From Raillietiella orientalis (taxonomy: Eukaryota): a DNA stretch of 64,000 nt. A model generated the notes under the pieces. The model did not search any database and was not told the origin of the DNA. It worked only from the letters and a program-made list of their open reading frames with translations. Shown here piece by piece: positions 1-11,200 of the stretch (position 1 is its first letter; every line of letters starts with the position of its first letter). The stretch covers positions 744,001 to 808,000 of the forward strand of contig JAYWIR010000025.1 of the NCBI GenBank assembly GCA_036172245.1, written 5' to 3'. Made by a program: the position numbers and the translations under genes.

Positions 1-431
1 CCCATTTAACACTACGGTAATCTGAATTCAGCGAGCCATCCTGGACAGTGTAGGTAATTTATGGGAACCGAGCAACGTAATTTGATATTTTTGTTTCTGT
101 AGATTAGTGCGAAAACTGTGCATTATTTGGAATTGCACAACATAACTTCGAGGTTGAAGTACAGCAGTTATAATTATTATTATCGACCTTAATTCGGTAA
201 ATCTGTATTCAAATGTGGTTTTCAATGGACACTTGGGCAGCGAAAAGTATTCTGGTTCGTGAATCGCTCTTTATGCTGTTATTGTGTTTGCTGTCACCCA
301 GTCATACTGCTACCACGTTTGCCACGTTTTAAGTGCGTAGATTGCCCTGATGTCCGTAATGAGAAAATAAACATTGAGTATTATACTTTATTATCTTTCT
401 GTAATGTGAGCAGCGTAACGAAGTGAAGGGT

Positions 432-3254
432 ATGTCTTACACAAGAAGTACATTTGTTGATAATGAGGTAATTATAAAAAGTTTTGTATGAAAATGTATG
501 AGTGTATGTGTCTCTTTGCGTTTACCACTATCTGACTGCCATAATTTAATTCAAAAAGATGGTGTTAATCGGAAGTTTCGAGCCCGAATATTTCTCCTTC
601 CTCCCCCCCCTCCCCTTTTAAGTGGCTTGTTCATTTGTTTGTTATTTTAGATTGATAATGAGCAGAAAGAAGTGGAGGCCCAGTTTCATTTCCAAGGTAA
701 TACAGCATCGCTTTGTTCAATCAAATTGACTTTCAGATGCATGGAACTGATAATAATTCGTGTTTAAACCTTTAAGACATACTATGTAGTAACAAACATC
801 CCTGAAAGATATGCCTAATTGTCTCACAGACACTAAGTATTTAGTTGCAATGTATTCAGACTCCAAACCATTTTTTTCAGAGTTCCCCGTTTCGGACAAT
901 GCTGAAAAGAGGAACATTCAAACTCACTCGTTTCCAAAGTTCCCAGCTGTGTCAGATGATTACAGCCCAGAAGATGTGGTAAGAGTAATGTGAAAATTTT
1001 TCTTAGAAAATATGTAATGCACTTATATTTAAAACCATAATTTCTTATTATTTTCATCTATCATGTTTTCAATTAACCTCTCATTTGCCAAACATGATGC
1101 ATGTTTGATGTGTTGAATGAAATGCCCCATGTGTAGAATTTATTGTTTTCTTTTTTTTGTAAGTTGCGAATTCCATAAAACATTTCTAAGTATGCCTGTT
1201 TCTAAAAATCTTTTTGTCAAGTGTTTACTCTAAGGGGAAAAAATCCATTATTTTTTTTTTCTTCATTTACCAAAATGTAAAGTGAAAATAAAAGGAAGTG
1301 GAAATTTTCAGACTGTACCTAAGAGAAGCAAATTAAATACTTGTACAAGTGCAAAAATTGCTCACATTCAAAAAAGATCTGCAAGACAATCTCAATTTGA
1401 TGATCTTCATGCAGTTGTTAACAGTGTATTGGTTGAAAGCCCTCCTTTGAAGAGTGTTCTAGTAGGAGAAATCCTTAACCCTCAGCATGCATCTTCAGTG
1501 GTTCAGAAGTTGGCTTTGTTAAAACCCCTACCATCACTTAAACATTTAAAGAGAGTAAAAGTTACTAGAAAAGCTGATGGATCGACCAGTTTGTTTGTGA
1601 TTTTAGAAGAGCAGGACATGTCTAGTCCAGTGAATGATTTAGCCACTTTGCTACAGAAAGATAGTTGTTATTCCTCAATTACCGGCTTGAAGCAAACTCT
1701 CCAAAGCTGCTCTGTACCTGCTGTAGCCCCAAAGACAAGAAAACAGTATAATATTGCACAGCAGTTTTGGCCAGTGAACTTTCATGAGGACAAATATCTT
1801 GAAAGACTTCTTAATTGTAGTCTTTTTGGGCCAAAGGAGCTGCAACAGCTAGAATATTTTATGCAGAAGGCTATCCAACAAGGTAGGAAAGCTAAAGCAG
1901 AAGGTAGTGACCCTGTTGGAGTGGTTATCATGGATCCTTGCCAGGATACTATTTATGTGGAAGCTTGTGATGAACGTAATGTTTACCCACTTCAGCATGC
2001 ATGCATGGTGGCTGTGAACAAAGCAGCTATCAAACAGAGAAATTCGACTGGCATAGTCCAGTCTCGCTCAGCTCAGTACCTGTGCACTGGTATGGATGTA
2101 TATGTAACACGAGAGCCATGTCTCATGTGTTCCATGGCACTGCTTCATGCACGAGTCAGAAGAATTTTTTTTGGTGTTAGCAACATTACAGGAGCTTTAG
2201 AAAGCAAAGTGCGTCTGCATACACTGCAAGGCATTAATCATCGTTATGAAGTATTTGGGGGACTACTCAAAAAGGCAGTGGAGCAAATGGAGATGGATGA
2301 ATTGTAAATTTGAGCAGAAAGTGTTTTAAATTTTGAAAAGTGGATTGTTGGGGGCACTGACTGATCTGTGCCAGGTTGTAGGAAAATCATCACCCGGAAC
2401 ATCTCCAAACTTTTGGACTTTTAAGTACTACCAACAGTTCTTTGATGTGGATTCATGGCAGGTGGGCGAACGCATTTTACATTCCATGATTCCACGTCCT
2501 GGATATCTTCAAAATTATATTCGTCCCAAACCAGATCTATATGGTCCACTGTGGATTAGCATCACTTTGATCTTTAGCATTGCGATCTCAGGCAATGTGG
2601 CCAGCTATTTGCAGACAGCTACTTCAGCTGTTTATATCTGGAAATATGATTTCCACAAAGGTGTGTCTCACATGGCTGCGTGTGATTCACTTTGTACTTC
2701 CAGTCTCCCAGGCAGCTGTTGCCATCTTCAGCTACATGTGCTTGCTTCCCTTACTGTTCTGGGGATTGCTACGCTATCGGAAGAGCCTGACCAGTCTCAG
2801 TTTCATTGAAATCCTGTGTGTCTACGGCTATTCCTTGTCCATCTATGTGCCTGTTTCTGTAGGTGGCCTGGAAAGCAGCAATATTTGCGGTTCAGATTAT
2901 TTGGTTGATTCAGGTGAACTGGATTCAGTGGCTGTTTGTATTATTCGGAGCACTTTTGTCCGGAAGCACCTTAGTGTTAACATTTTGGCCTGCAATGTTC
3001 CAGGAGCGTCAGATAATAGCCATTCTTCTTATGTTGACCATTTTGACAGCTCACCTGAGCTTGGCTGTGGGATTCATGGTGGGCTTACCACTGGTTTTCT
3101 TTGTTACTGATTTTGCATATTTCAGCTTTACTTTTTCCATGTTCCAGATCATGCAGTTGCACTTACTCAAAGCAGTGTATCATTCTCAAGGTTGAGTTCT
3201 GCATCAAAGTCCATTATCTCATCAAATTTGAGTGCTAAAGCAGTTAGTCCCTAG
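432..3254 (+). CDS. YIPF1: Yip1-domain Golgi membrane protein YIPF1/YIPF2, 7 coding exons: 432-467, 651-696, 881-978, 2375-2660, 2704-2858, 2896-3078, 3126-3254
   Basis: Joined exons give [15 protein letters not shown]...[25 protein letters not shown]...[22 protein letters not shown]...[14 protein letters not shown], the YIPF1/2 signatures. All introns are GT-AG and phases are consistent. The first three exons are inferred from splice sites and frame only and are less certain than exons 4-7. Confidence 0.9.
1312..2307 (+). CDS. ADAT3: tRNA-specific adenosine-34 deaminase non-catalytic subunit ADAT3/Tad3; single exon nested in YIPF1 intron 3; start codon must come from an upstream exon
   Basis: ORF contains LKHLKRV, PKTRKQY...FWPVNFH, PLQHACM (no catalytic Glu, as in ADAT3), [32 protein letters not shown] and INHRYEVF. 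In-frame stop at 1231-1233, first in-frame ATG only at 1618, in-frame TTTTCAG acceptor ending at 1311. Confidence 0.93.
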   Translation, partial: TVPKRSKLNTCTSAKIAHIQKRSARQSQFDDLHAVVNSVLVESPPLKSVLVGEILNPQHASSVVQKLALLKPLPSLKHLKRVKVTRKADGSTSLFVILEEQDMSSPVNDLATLLQKDSCYSSITGLKQTLQSCSVPAVAPKTRKQYNIAQQFWPVNFHEDKYLERLLNCSLFGPKELQQLEYFMQKAIQQGRKAKAEGSDPVGVVIMDPCQDTIYVEACDERNVYPLQHACMVAVNKAAIKQRNSTGIVQSRSAQYLCTGMDVYVTREPCLMCSMALLHARVRRIFFGVSNITGALESKVRLHTLQGINHRYEVFGGLLKKAVEQMEMDEL

Positions 3255-3976
3255 TATTACGAAATGGAAGATGTATTTGCTCCAGCATGAATGCTGAAAT
3301 GTTTGTTGTGATTACTTTAAAAAGATATGTTTCACTTTTTTGGTTAATTTTTGTAATTGTTACGTGAGATGAACTGAGGTCACACATATTTTTATCAGTT
3401 ATTCTGAAAGCAATTTGAAGCTGAAGATGGCAATTTTTTTCTATCTGAAGATAGCAGAAATCTGTGCAGATTCAAGTTACAGGAAGATGAGGTTCATTAG
3501 TTACTAGAAAATAAGATTAAGTTTCATCGCTTTCATGATATGCAAAGTAACATGCTGTTTTTACAAGTGAAATTTATTGGACATATACCGAATTTTTGAA
3601 AGTGTGTGTATTTATTTTCCAAGGATGTGTGTTTCTATAAGTACAAACCAAATCCATTTTGGTGATTTCAGTGTTGAGTGGCTAGCTTCTTTATACCTAA
3701 GATACACTCCTAAGTTTCCAAGGGGTCAAAAATAAATAAATAAATAAAAATAAATCGCAGGTTATGTTTGTTATTTCGGAAAATACGTGAAAAAAAGTGG
3801 TGTGATGTCCACAATATAAATCTGAGTTTAGAAAATCGTGCTGTGTTTATGTGTTTTTGCACTAAGTCATCAAAGATTTGTAATTAACCAACGTGAGGGT
3901 GTGAACATTGGGTGGGTAAAAGTAGAAAAGCTGATCATTCAGCCGAACCAAAGATTTCCAAATTAAAGTGTTTCCA

Positions 3977-4017
3977 AATTGTGAGGCGCGAGATCGAGCA
4001 TGTCGCGCCTCACAATT
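3977..4017. repeat. Perfect 15-bp inverted repeat (hairpin) with an 11-nt spacer
   Basis: AATTGTGAGGCGCGA (3977-3991) and TCGCGCCTCACAATT (4003-4017) are exact reverse complements. Confidence 0.9.
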
Positions 4018-7000
4018 CAGTGCTTCTGTTTCTTAAACGGGTCCACAAGAGTGTGAAACGCAGTTAATACCAGAGGAAATTTCGTTTCCTCAAGGGAAAA
4101 CAGCCGGCATGTGGATTTTTCTTTAGCATGAAAGACCGCGCTCCAAAACATTTTTTGCTTCTTTTTAAGATCGTGAGGAATCATAGATATTACCAAGATT
4201 CAAATATCAGCGACGGAGTTTGCTGGAATCTGATGACATGGTCTTCTTGCTAGGAAGAATGGTGCAACTATGAAAACGAATAAAAACTGAGTGCACCCGC
4301 AGGAGACAGCGTAACCGAAGAAGAAAGAGATTCGCATGAAGTAACACGGGAACACCTTGTTTCCAAAGTCGAGCTGGAAACACAATTTCGCGATTTCTTT
4401 TCTGGTTTCCATGAGAGCCAAGCAGGGAGTTTTCCATCTTAATTGCACAGGAAATATGCTAAGTAATTTTAATACGAGCTTCGGGAAAAGTTCTATTTTT
4501 CCACGCTGCACTAGCTGGACCTCTGCTAACTAGGTAATCCTTCCGATTTCTGTACTTGCTCTTTTATTTGGAGGCTATTGGGATTTGCATCCAGCCTCGA
4601 ACCTTGCTTTCTTTTGCTTCCCCCCCTTCTCCTGCACGATTTGTCCCAGTTCATTATCAGATGCAATATTCCTTGAAGCTCATTCAGGAGCTTTTGTATT
4701 CCGACTATAAAATTCTAATATCCCGAGGCGTTATGAAATGCATCCTGTGCTAACCAGTTGTGCACCGTACACTTGGATTAAGTAAAGTCGTGTCCAAATG
4801 GTCAATAAAGTTTGGAAAACAAAGCGTAGTAAAGCATCAGAAACAAGCGGTTGCCCACCGAGAGACCTGTGGATGGATGTTAATGTGCATTCGTGTTTCT
4901 AAGGAGACAGCGAAGATGCAACTTCCAAGACCTGTCCTACACTGCATGTTCAACACCAATATTATTTAACCAGAGTTTACCGTGGACCCATGACGGGACC
5001 ACAGAAGGATATTTCGTGAAGCTTGAAGCCAGACTTTTCCTAACAGTTCCAGTGATCCATAGATTTGTGGCAAACACATGCATGTTTGAGCTGCGTGTTC
5101 TCAAGTGTTCTCGCGGCACTCAACCATTGTGAGCAAGATTTTTGTGAATGGAAATTGAGACATCGTTGAAATCCTCCAATCTATTCGACTTAATTTACGA
5201 GCAAATCATTATTTCGCCCAGCTGGATGTGGAAGAATGTATGCGCAGGACAGTTTAATTTACATTTTCTCATGAAGTGGTTATTACGTGAGAGCTTCAAG
5301 GGTGCAGAAATAAAAAGTAGCATCTAGTTGGATTATTCCGAATCCGGAATAAAATCATCTCTAGCGAGTGGCGGATGAGGTGAGGATCAAATTACGGCAC
5401 ACTGTTTGCGTGAGTTTAGAGGTGGATTTCACACGAGGCTCATGAAATGGAACCAGGTGTTTTGTTGTATGGTGGAACGAACAGGCAGCATTCGTGGTTT
5501 GAGAGCTGTGAATGTTGGTGTGGAGTTCGTTTCGTAATGGAAACTTGTCAATGAACAGCAGTTTGTGTTTCTGGATCGCAGTTCTAATCATGTAGAAGGG
5601 ATCCACCAAGAGGACATGGCGTAGGTTCTTCTCTTTGCCATCACACAGTATGGCGTTGCTACTACTTTTTGAATCGATCGCGAACGCCCTAAATCGAAAA
5701 GGATTCCTATTAAAGAAGTATCAAGAAACTGAATAAGGCAGCCATGTTGTGAGCATGATTAATGACGTTCCAATTGGAGATGACTCGCTAACAAACTAGC
5801 TGGAGGCCAGTGCCCAAAGGTGGCACAAGATTCATTCTTCCTCCTTGACGTTATCATGGTCAAAATGTCCATTCCATCAGACAGTTCCGTCTCTGATTTG
5901 AATTTATGCCAGAAAAAGCCTGACTTTAAGGAATGGGGAGATTTATCGTTCTCACTACGCGTATCATGACTTCTCGACGTGTTCTAAGATGGCTAAAGGC
6001 TGTTTGGAATGCATGGTAATGACTACGTTTCCACACTGTTTATTGAGTACAAAGTGAAACTGAAGGAGGATCTAGCTAGAGCTGGCATTAAATGAACTCT
6101 TGCAGAGTGTCGAAATGATATAAGAGCTTTGGATCTCGAGACGGAATCGGGTGACTCCACAAGGCAGGTGTAGCGGCTTGTTCCTCTAGGTGATTCCAAA
6201 GGTAATAAGTCTAGAATGGCCCTAAAGAGTCCAACTTTCAAGTCATGTAAATCTCAGTTCGGAGGATAAAATGGCAGCGACCGCTTTGTTGGTTGGAAAA
6301 ACGACTGTGACATGACAATCATCCAAGGGGGTTTCAAGATTGTCGGTTGATTTCAAGGTTTCCAGATGTGATGAACAGGTACGGATTTGGGATTGGGGAC
6401 CTGAACCAGGAAAGTTCCAATAAGGATCGGAGCTGAGGGTTTTGAGTCGCTGAGATTTGGTGCTTAGGAATCAGATGGTTCACCAAATGGCCGTTGTTGT
6501 TATGCTGGACTTGAATATGAAACAGGATCTTGATTCCCCGGAGTGCAGAGTTCAGCGAGCGAAGGGATTAGAATGATGTTAGCCGTGTGAAGAGCCTCAC
6601 TCTGTGTGTGTGACACTGATGTTGGGATGAATAAAAAATAAAAAGATTTTTATGCATATGGGTAGGATACATTCTAGAGCTCACATCATGAGTTGTTTGT
6701 GATTATTATCTATCACCTGAGCAGCGTAACTGCCACAGGGGATGGGTGAGATATAGAGTGGAAGTTGTGAAGAGGATGATGTCTGGATGATTGCGAAGGA
6801 TGGTTATGTGAAGTTTGCTTGGAAAGGGCTTGTTCTTGTAAATTGGAGTAGGGTTCTGAGGAACTTCTTTTCTTTCTCTGCCTTTGTACTGGCATGGATT
6901 CATTGTTTTCGACAGGATAATCAGTGGCGCGATTCCTCCAGGTTGGCTACGAATGTAGCAGAAACCTTGATTTCTCCATGACAGCTGAAGGTGCCTTTGC

Positions 7001-8236
7001 TGGAAAGTCTTTTCATTGGGAGAATTCATAGGATGTGACGTAAGACACGGGGATCGACAATCGTCATCTGATAAGAGATAGATGCGAGAACGAGTTGCGG
7101 AACCACTTTGCAATTGTATCGTACATGAATGTTAGGTCTGGGAGATGAATTTCTTAAAAATGTAGATTTACAATTTCTTGGTTTGGATTTCATGATTCTA
7201 TTGATGGATGGATTGAAGAGACATAGCAATGAGTCATAGCAACAACACGTAGAAAAAGTGGTTTGCATATATGAAAACAATCTTGCAACAGTAAGTATGC
7301 TGAAAGGAAGAGTTAGGGAAGACAAGAACAAAAAATGCTGTAAAATTGAAGTGGAGGAAGAAATCTGATAGAGGGGAGTTTATGCTGCAGATTGCAGATC
7401 CATGAATGCCTTTATTTAAAAGCAAAAGAAAAAAACGACTTCATATGTAATCACTATGTCGTAGCACCGAGCGTTTTCTGTCCAGCCATCACAGTCTCTT
7501 CATTCATCTTTGCCACAAGATGAACAAAGAGAACACGCGCATTAGGGGAAAGCAAGCAGAGGAGTGTGTGGCATTGCCCGTTTTGTGGGTGGTTATTTAT
7601 GGAAACCTTGGTTTCTTCCTTGGTTACAGAGTTGCTTACGAAGCTCATCAGTTGTGTAGATGTGACTAGGGGCTAGGAAGATGAGGTACGGTTGATCAAG
7701 GAGAGTATTCACTGCATCAAAGTTGAGGTCGTTCGACGCGGTAGACAATCAGGGTGAATTCACACGTCCACCAAGCTGTAGTCACGCATTTAACGAAAAG
7801 AGGAGACATGCAAGTAGTAAGTGGACTCCCGACTACCGGATTACCGTCCTGGTGAACTTGTGTCTGGTAGTTTGGAGTTGCTGGCGTGGAGGACGCATAC
7901 TAGCCGTAGAAGTCCGCCGAGGCCAAGAAGGGGAAGCTTGCGAAACGCTAGGCAGGCAGCAGGGTGTTTCCTTCTTTCTAATCCTTTAGCCGCGGCGGCA
8001 TTGCCTCCCGGGTTGGCACGCTCGGGCGGTGTTTACACTGGAGGCGAAGCCAGTGACGCGAGGCGGAGTGATCTCTTTCAGTACTTCAGAGCAGATCCTT
8101 CAGTGGAACGCGCGAAAGTGCTGCTGCTCGAAAAAAAAAAGGGGGGGGGGGAATAAGGGGGAGACCTTGCCGAAGACCAGGTTGCAGTCGGAAGAGCTGC
8201 TTTATTTCAATGAACCAGCAGGATAGTGAAGACATC

Positions 8237-11200
8237 TCAGACTAGAGGGGGGTAGACGATTCCACCTGATTTGTCACGTTTTGTGGCCTCATGGACTTCC
8301 CGCATCATCTGTTGCACTTGGTCGCTGCGCACTACCCGGATGGAATCCTCCAGATCGAAATCCCGTTTGGATCCAGTGCTCTTCCTTGCCTCCTCGATTG
8401 GGCTCAGCACAAGAGGATCCGCCGTTTGGCGAAGGAGCAACTCGAGCGGATCGTTTTCCCCGTAGTTGCTCTCCTGATTTCGGGAATCGTCTGCTGTTAC
8501 GGCGCTTCCCGGATTCTGGCACGTCGGATAGCAGGATTCTTGCTCACAGACATAAACTCTGGAGATAAACTTGATTTCGGAGAACCTCGAAAAGGCGAAC
8601 GCTTGCAAGGTGGTCACCCATTCGTTCTTACTGATCTTCACCACGGGGCTGAGGATTCGCTTGTCCACCACGCAGCCATGGCTATCTATAAGCAGGGCTG
8701 ACGAGTTGGTCTCCGGGTCGAATGCGACCAGGTCCGTGACGGCCATACTCTGGAAGGGGGACGAGTTGTGAGTGATGAACTTCAGTAGCAGGATTTCCTT
8801 GAGCTTGGACGCGTTCACCCTACAGCCCAAGGTATCCGTAACTACCAGCTTGATTTGATCCTCGTGCTCTTCCGGACCTGGGGGAAGAGATCTTCAGCAC
8901 TCCATGCAACATGGCAGTGAAGGGAAGCACAATTATTGGAAAGCATATGGACAGTCAGGAGGATTTTCGGGCAGATTTCGGGAGTGGAAGATACTCGAGA
9001 GCGCGAAAGAAGATCATTCTCGATCATAACTTTTTCCCTTCTTCGTGTGTGGCCTGCCGTTATTGAGAACATCGAAGGGATGCTGATGTGGATCGTCGCT
9101 ATGAGAAACGGAAACGTAGAGACGCTTCAGACGGAAGGAGTGTTGATGCTTCTCCTTGTTCAGTGGTATGGAATAGATGAGGTGGTAAGAAGAGGAAGAA
9201 CGTAGACATTAGTGCGAGTAGTTCGCAGCTGAAGACAACTTCCAGTGTGAGAGAGATCTTGCGTGCAAGATGATTATTCGCGTATGAAAGACAAAGTGAT
9301 GTACCACAGAAATTCGAACTAAAGACGAAGAGAAAAGGGTCAAACAGTGACTCAGGGACTGGGGAAGGAACAAGGGAGAAGGGATGAGGAGTTTATTTCG
9401 GTCCTGTGGAGTTCAACCTCTAGGGTCGTTTGGGAATACTTCAAAACAGAGAGAGTGACAAGATGAAGAATGCTCCCGGGAACAATATGGAAGTGGGTGG
9501 GGTGTTCGCCGCCTTTGACATTCTTGGTAGGCCTCTAATCGGACTTGTTATGAGTGGGCTGTCAAGGTCATGGAGCTGGTGATGCTGGATGTGTCGAATA
9601 GGGCATGCGTATGTACGCGCTTTTTCCGATGCAGGTGGAAGTTCAGGGGAGTTTCCATGGAGACACCTTTGGAACGACGGCTTTGGTCATCTCTAGAATC
9701 TGCAAGGTTTCTCCGAAATGGGCAGCGGAGGCAAGGATAGAGAAAGGCAACGTGTCTTGGGTAGTTCGTGGCTTCTCTGAAAAAGCTCTGCGATCCCACC
9801 ACTGCAGATCGAAATCGTGTTCGGGGATTCTGATTTCAAGGTGAACGACCATGCCAGTGGAAGCAACCTCCCGTTTTCAAGGAGATGCATGCCGCGAAGA
9901 TCCAGCAGAGGAGGGCAGGGTCCTCCTCAGAAGGGACTCTGGAGCCTGAGGCAAGGCTGCTGGATCTCCACGTGCGCGGCTGGAGGGCAGAGGTGAGGAA
10001 GGGATGCACCTCACGCTGGGGAAAGGGGTGGGGATGGGAGGGGGGGCATGAGAGACCAGCACCAACGATCGCAACGACACCGCCGATGTCCTTCCAAGAG
10101 GAGGGAGGACGCTCCTTGTGGCCTGGTACTTCCGAGAAGCACGTTGCGGGAGGGAGTGGAGAAGGGAAGAGCGTCAGATTTCCGGGAGGTCCGGTCAAAT
10201 AGGAAGCTCGAGTTCCAGCTGTTCGAGTTGGGGAGGGACTGGAGGAGGGATGCATCGGAAAGGGTGTTAGAAGGGGGGTGGAGTGAGAGGTGCACTCGGC
10301 TGGCCTGGAAGTGTGCAGGGGCTGCTTCTGAAAGCGCCGCTTTCCCCCCCTCCAGGCAGCAAACTACCCCGAGAGCTGCGTTGCGTCCCCGGAGACCTCA
10401 CGGAGAGTCTGGTTCCCTGGGGGGTAGAGGCGCCCACTGCCAATTCGTTGCTCATCCTTATCTACCCCCCTTCCCTCCTGCACTGGTGCCCTCCGGGAGA
10501 TGGAGACAGGGCATGGACTGCCGGGGTGCGCGTGGGTTTCCTCGCGGCAAAGCCCGGGGAGCGGAAAGAGAGGAGAGGGGGAGGGAGGAAGCCAGGAACA
10601 TCGCCTCGAGAAGAAGAAGGCCCCATTTCCCAAAGGCAATTTTATCCCAGCCTGTCTCCCGACTCTTGTCGCTCTCTCCTCCTCCCCCTTTGCGGACTTC
10701 CCGAGCGCTCAGCATGCCAACCTGTTTCTCTCCTGCAGGGAGGCCTCTCCTCGACGGCTCCGAACCAGCTGATGCCACCCCCTTCCCACAGGACCTTCTC
10801 TTCGTTCCCCATCTCTTTTCTGAGGCTGTGCTGGTGGTCTTTGTCCTGCAGGAAGGGATACCAGTACCCCAGAAGGGCCTCCTTCAAGTCCGAGACGGAG
10901 GGGATTTTGATCCTGTCTTCTTCCTTCTTGGTAGGAGGTCCTCTCAGCTTTCGCTCCGTTTCCTCCGTGTATAACCCTCCCAGGTCCTCGATGGACACGA
11001 TGGCGGCTCTCTGGCCGTTGAGACGGTCCGGACAATGCAGGAAGATTCGGAAGAGGTCGCGGCTCTTCCCGATCCTGGATTTCTGCTGAAGAAAAGGAGG
11101 TGAGGTCCGGGGGCGTTTCATTTGTGGGTGCTCGCCGCGCTCAATCGATCACCGTATCAGATCTGGAAACTCCGCGTGCCGATGGTACGGACGGATCCCC

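Noticed and set aside
3977..4017. Vector-derived lac operator
   Set aside because: Half-sites are separated by 23 nt rather than 2-3 nt and no other vector sequence is adjacent.
6700..7430. Second NUMT suggested by G/A/T strand bias
   Set aside because: I found no mitochondrial protein or rRNA motif in the frames examined.
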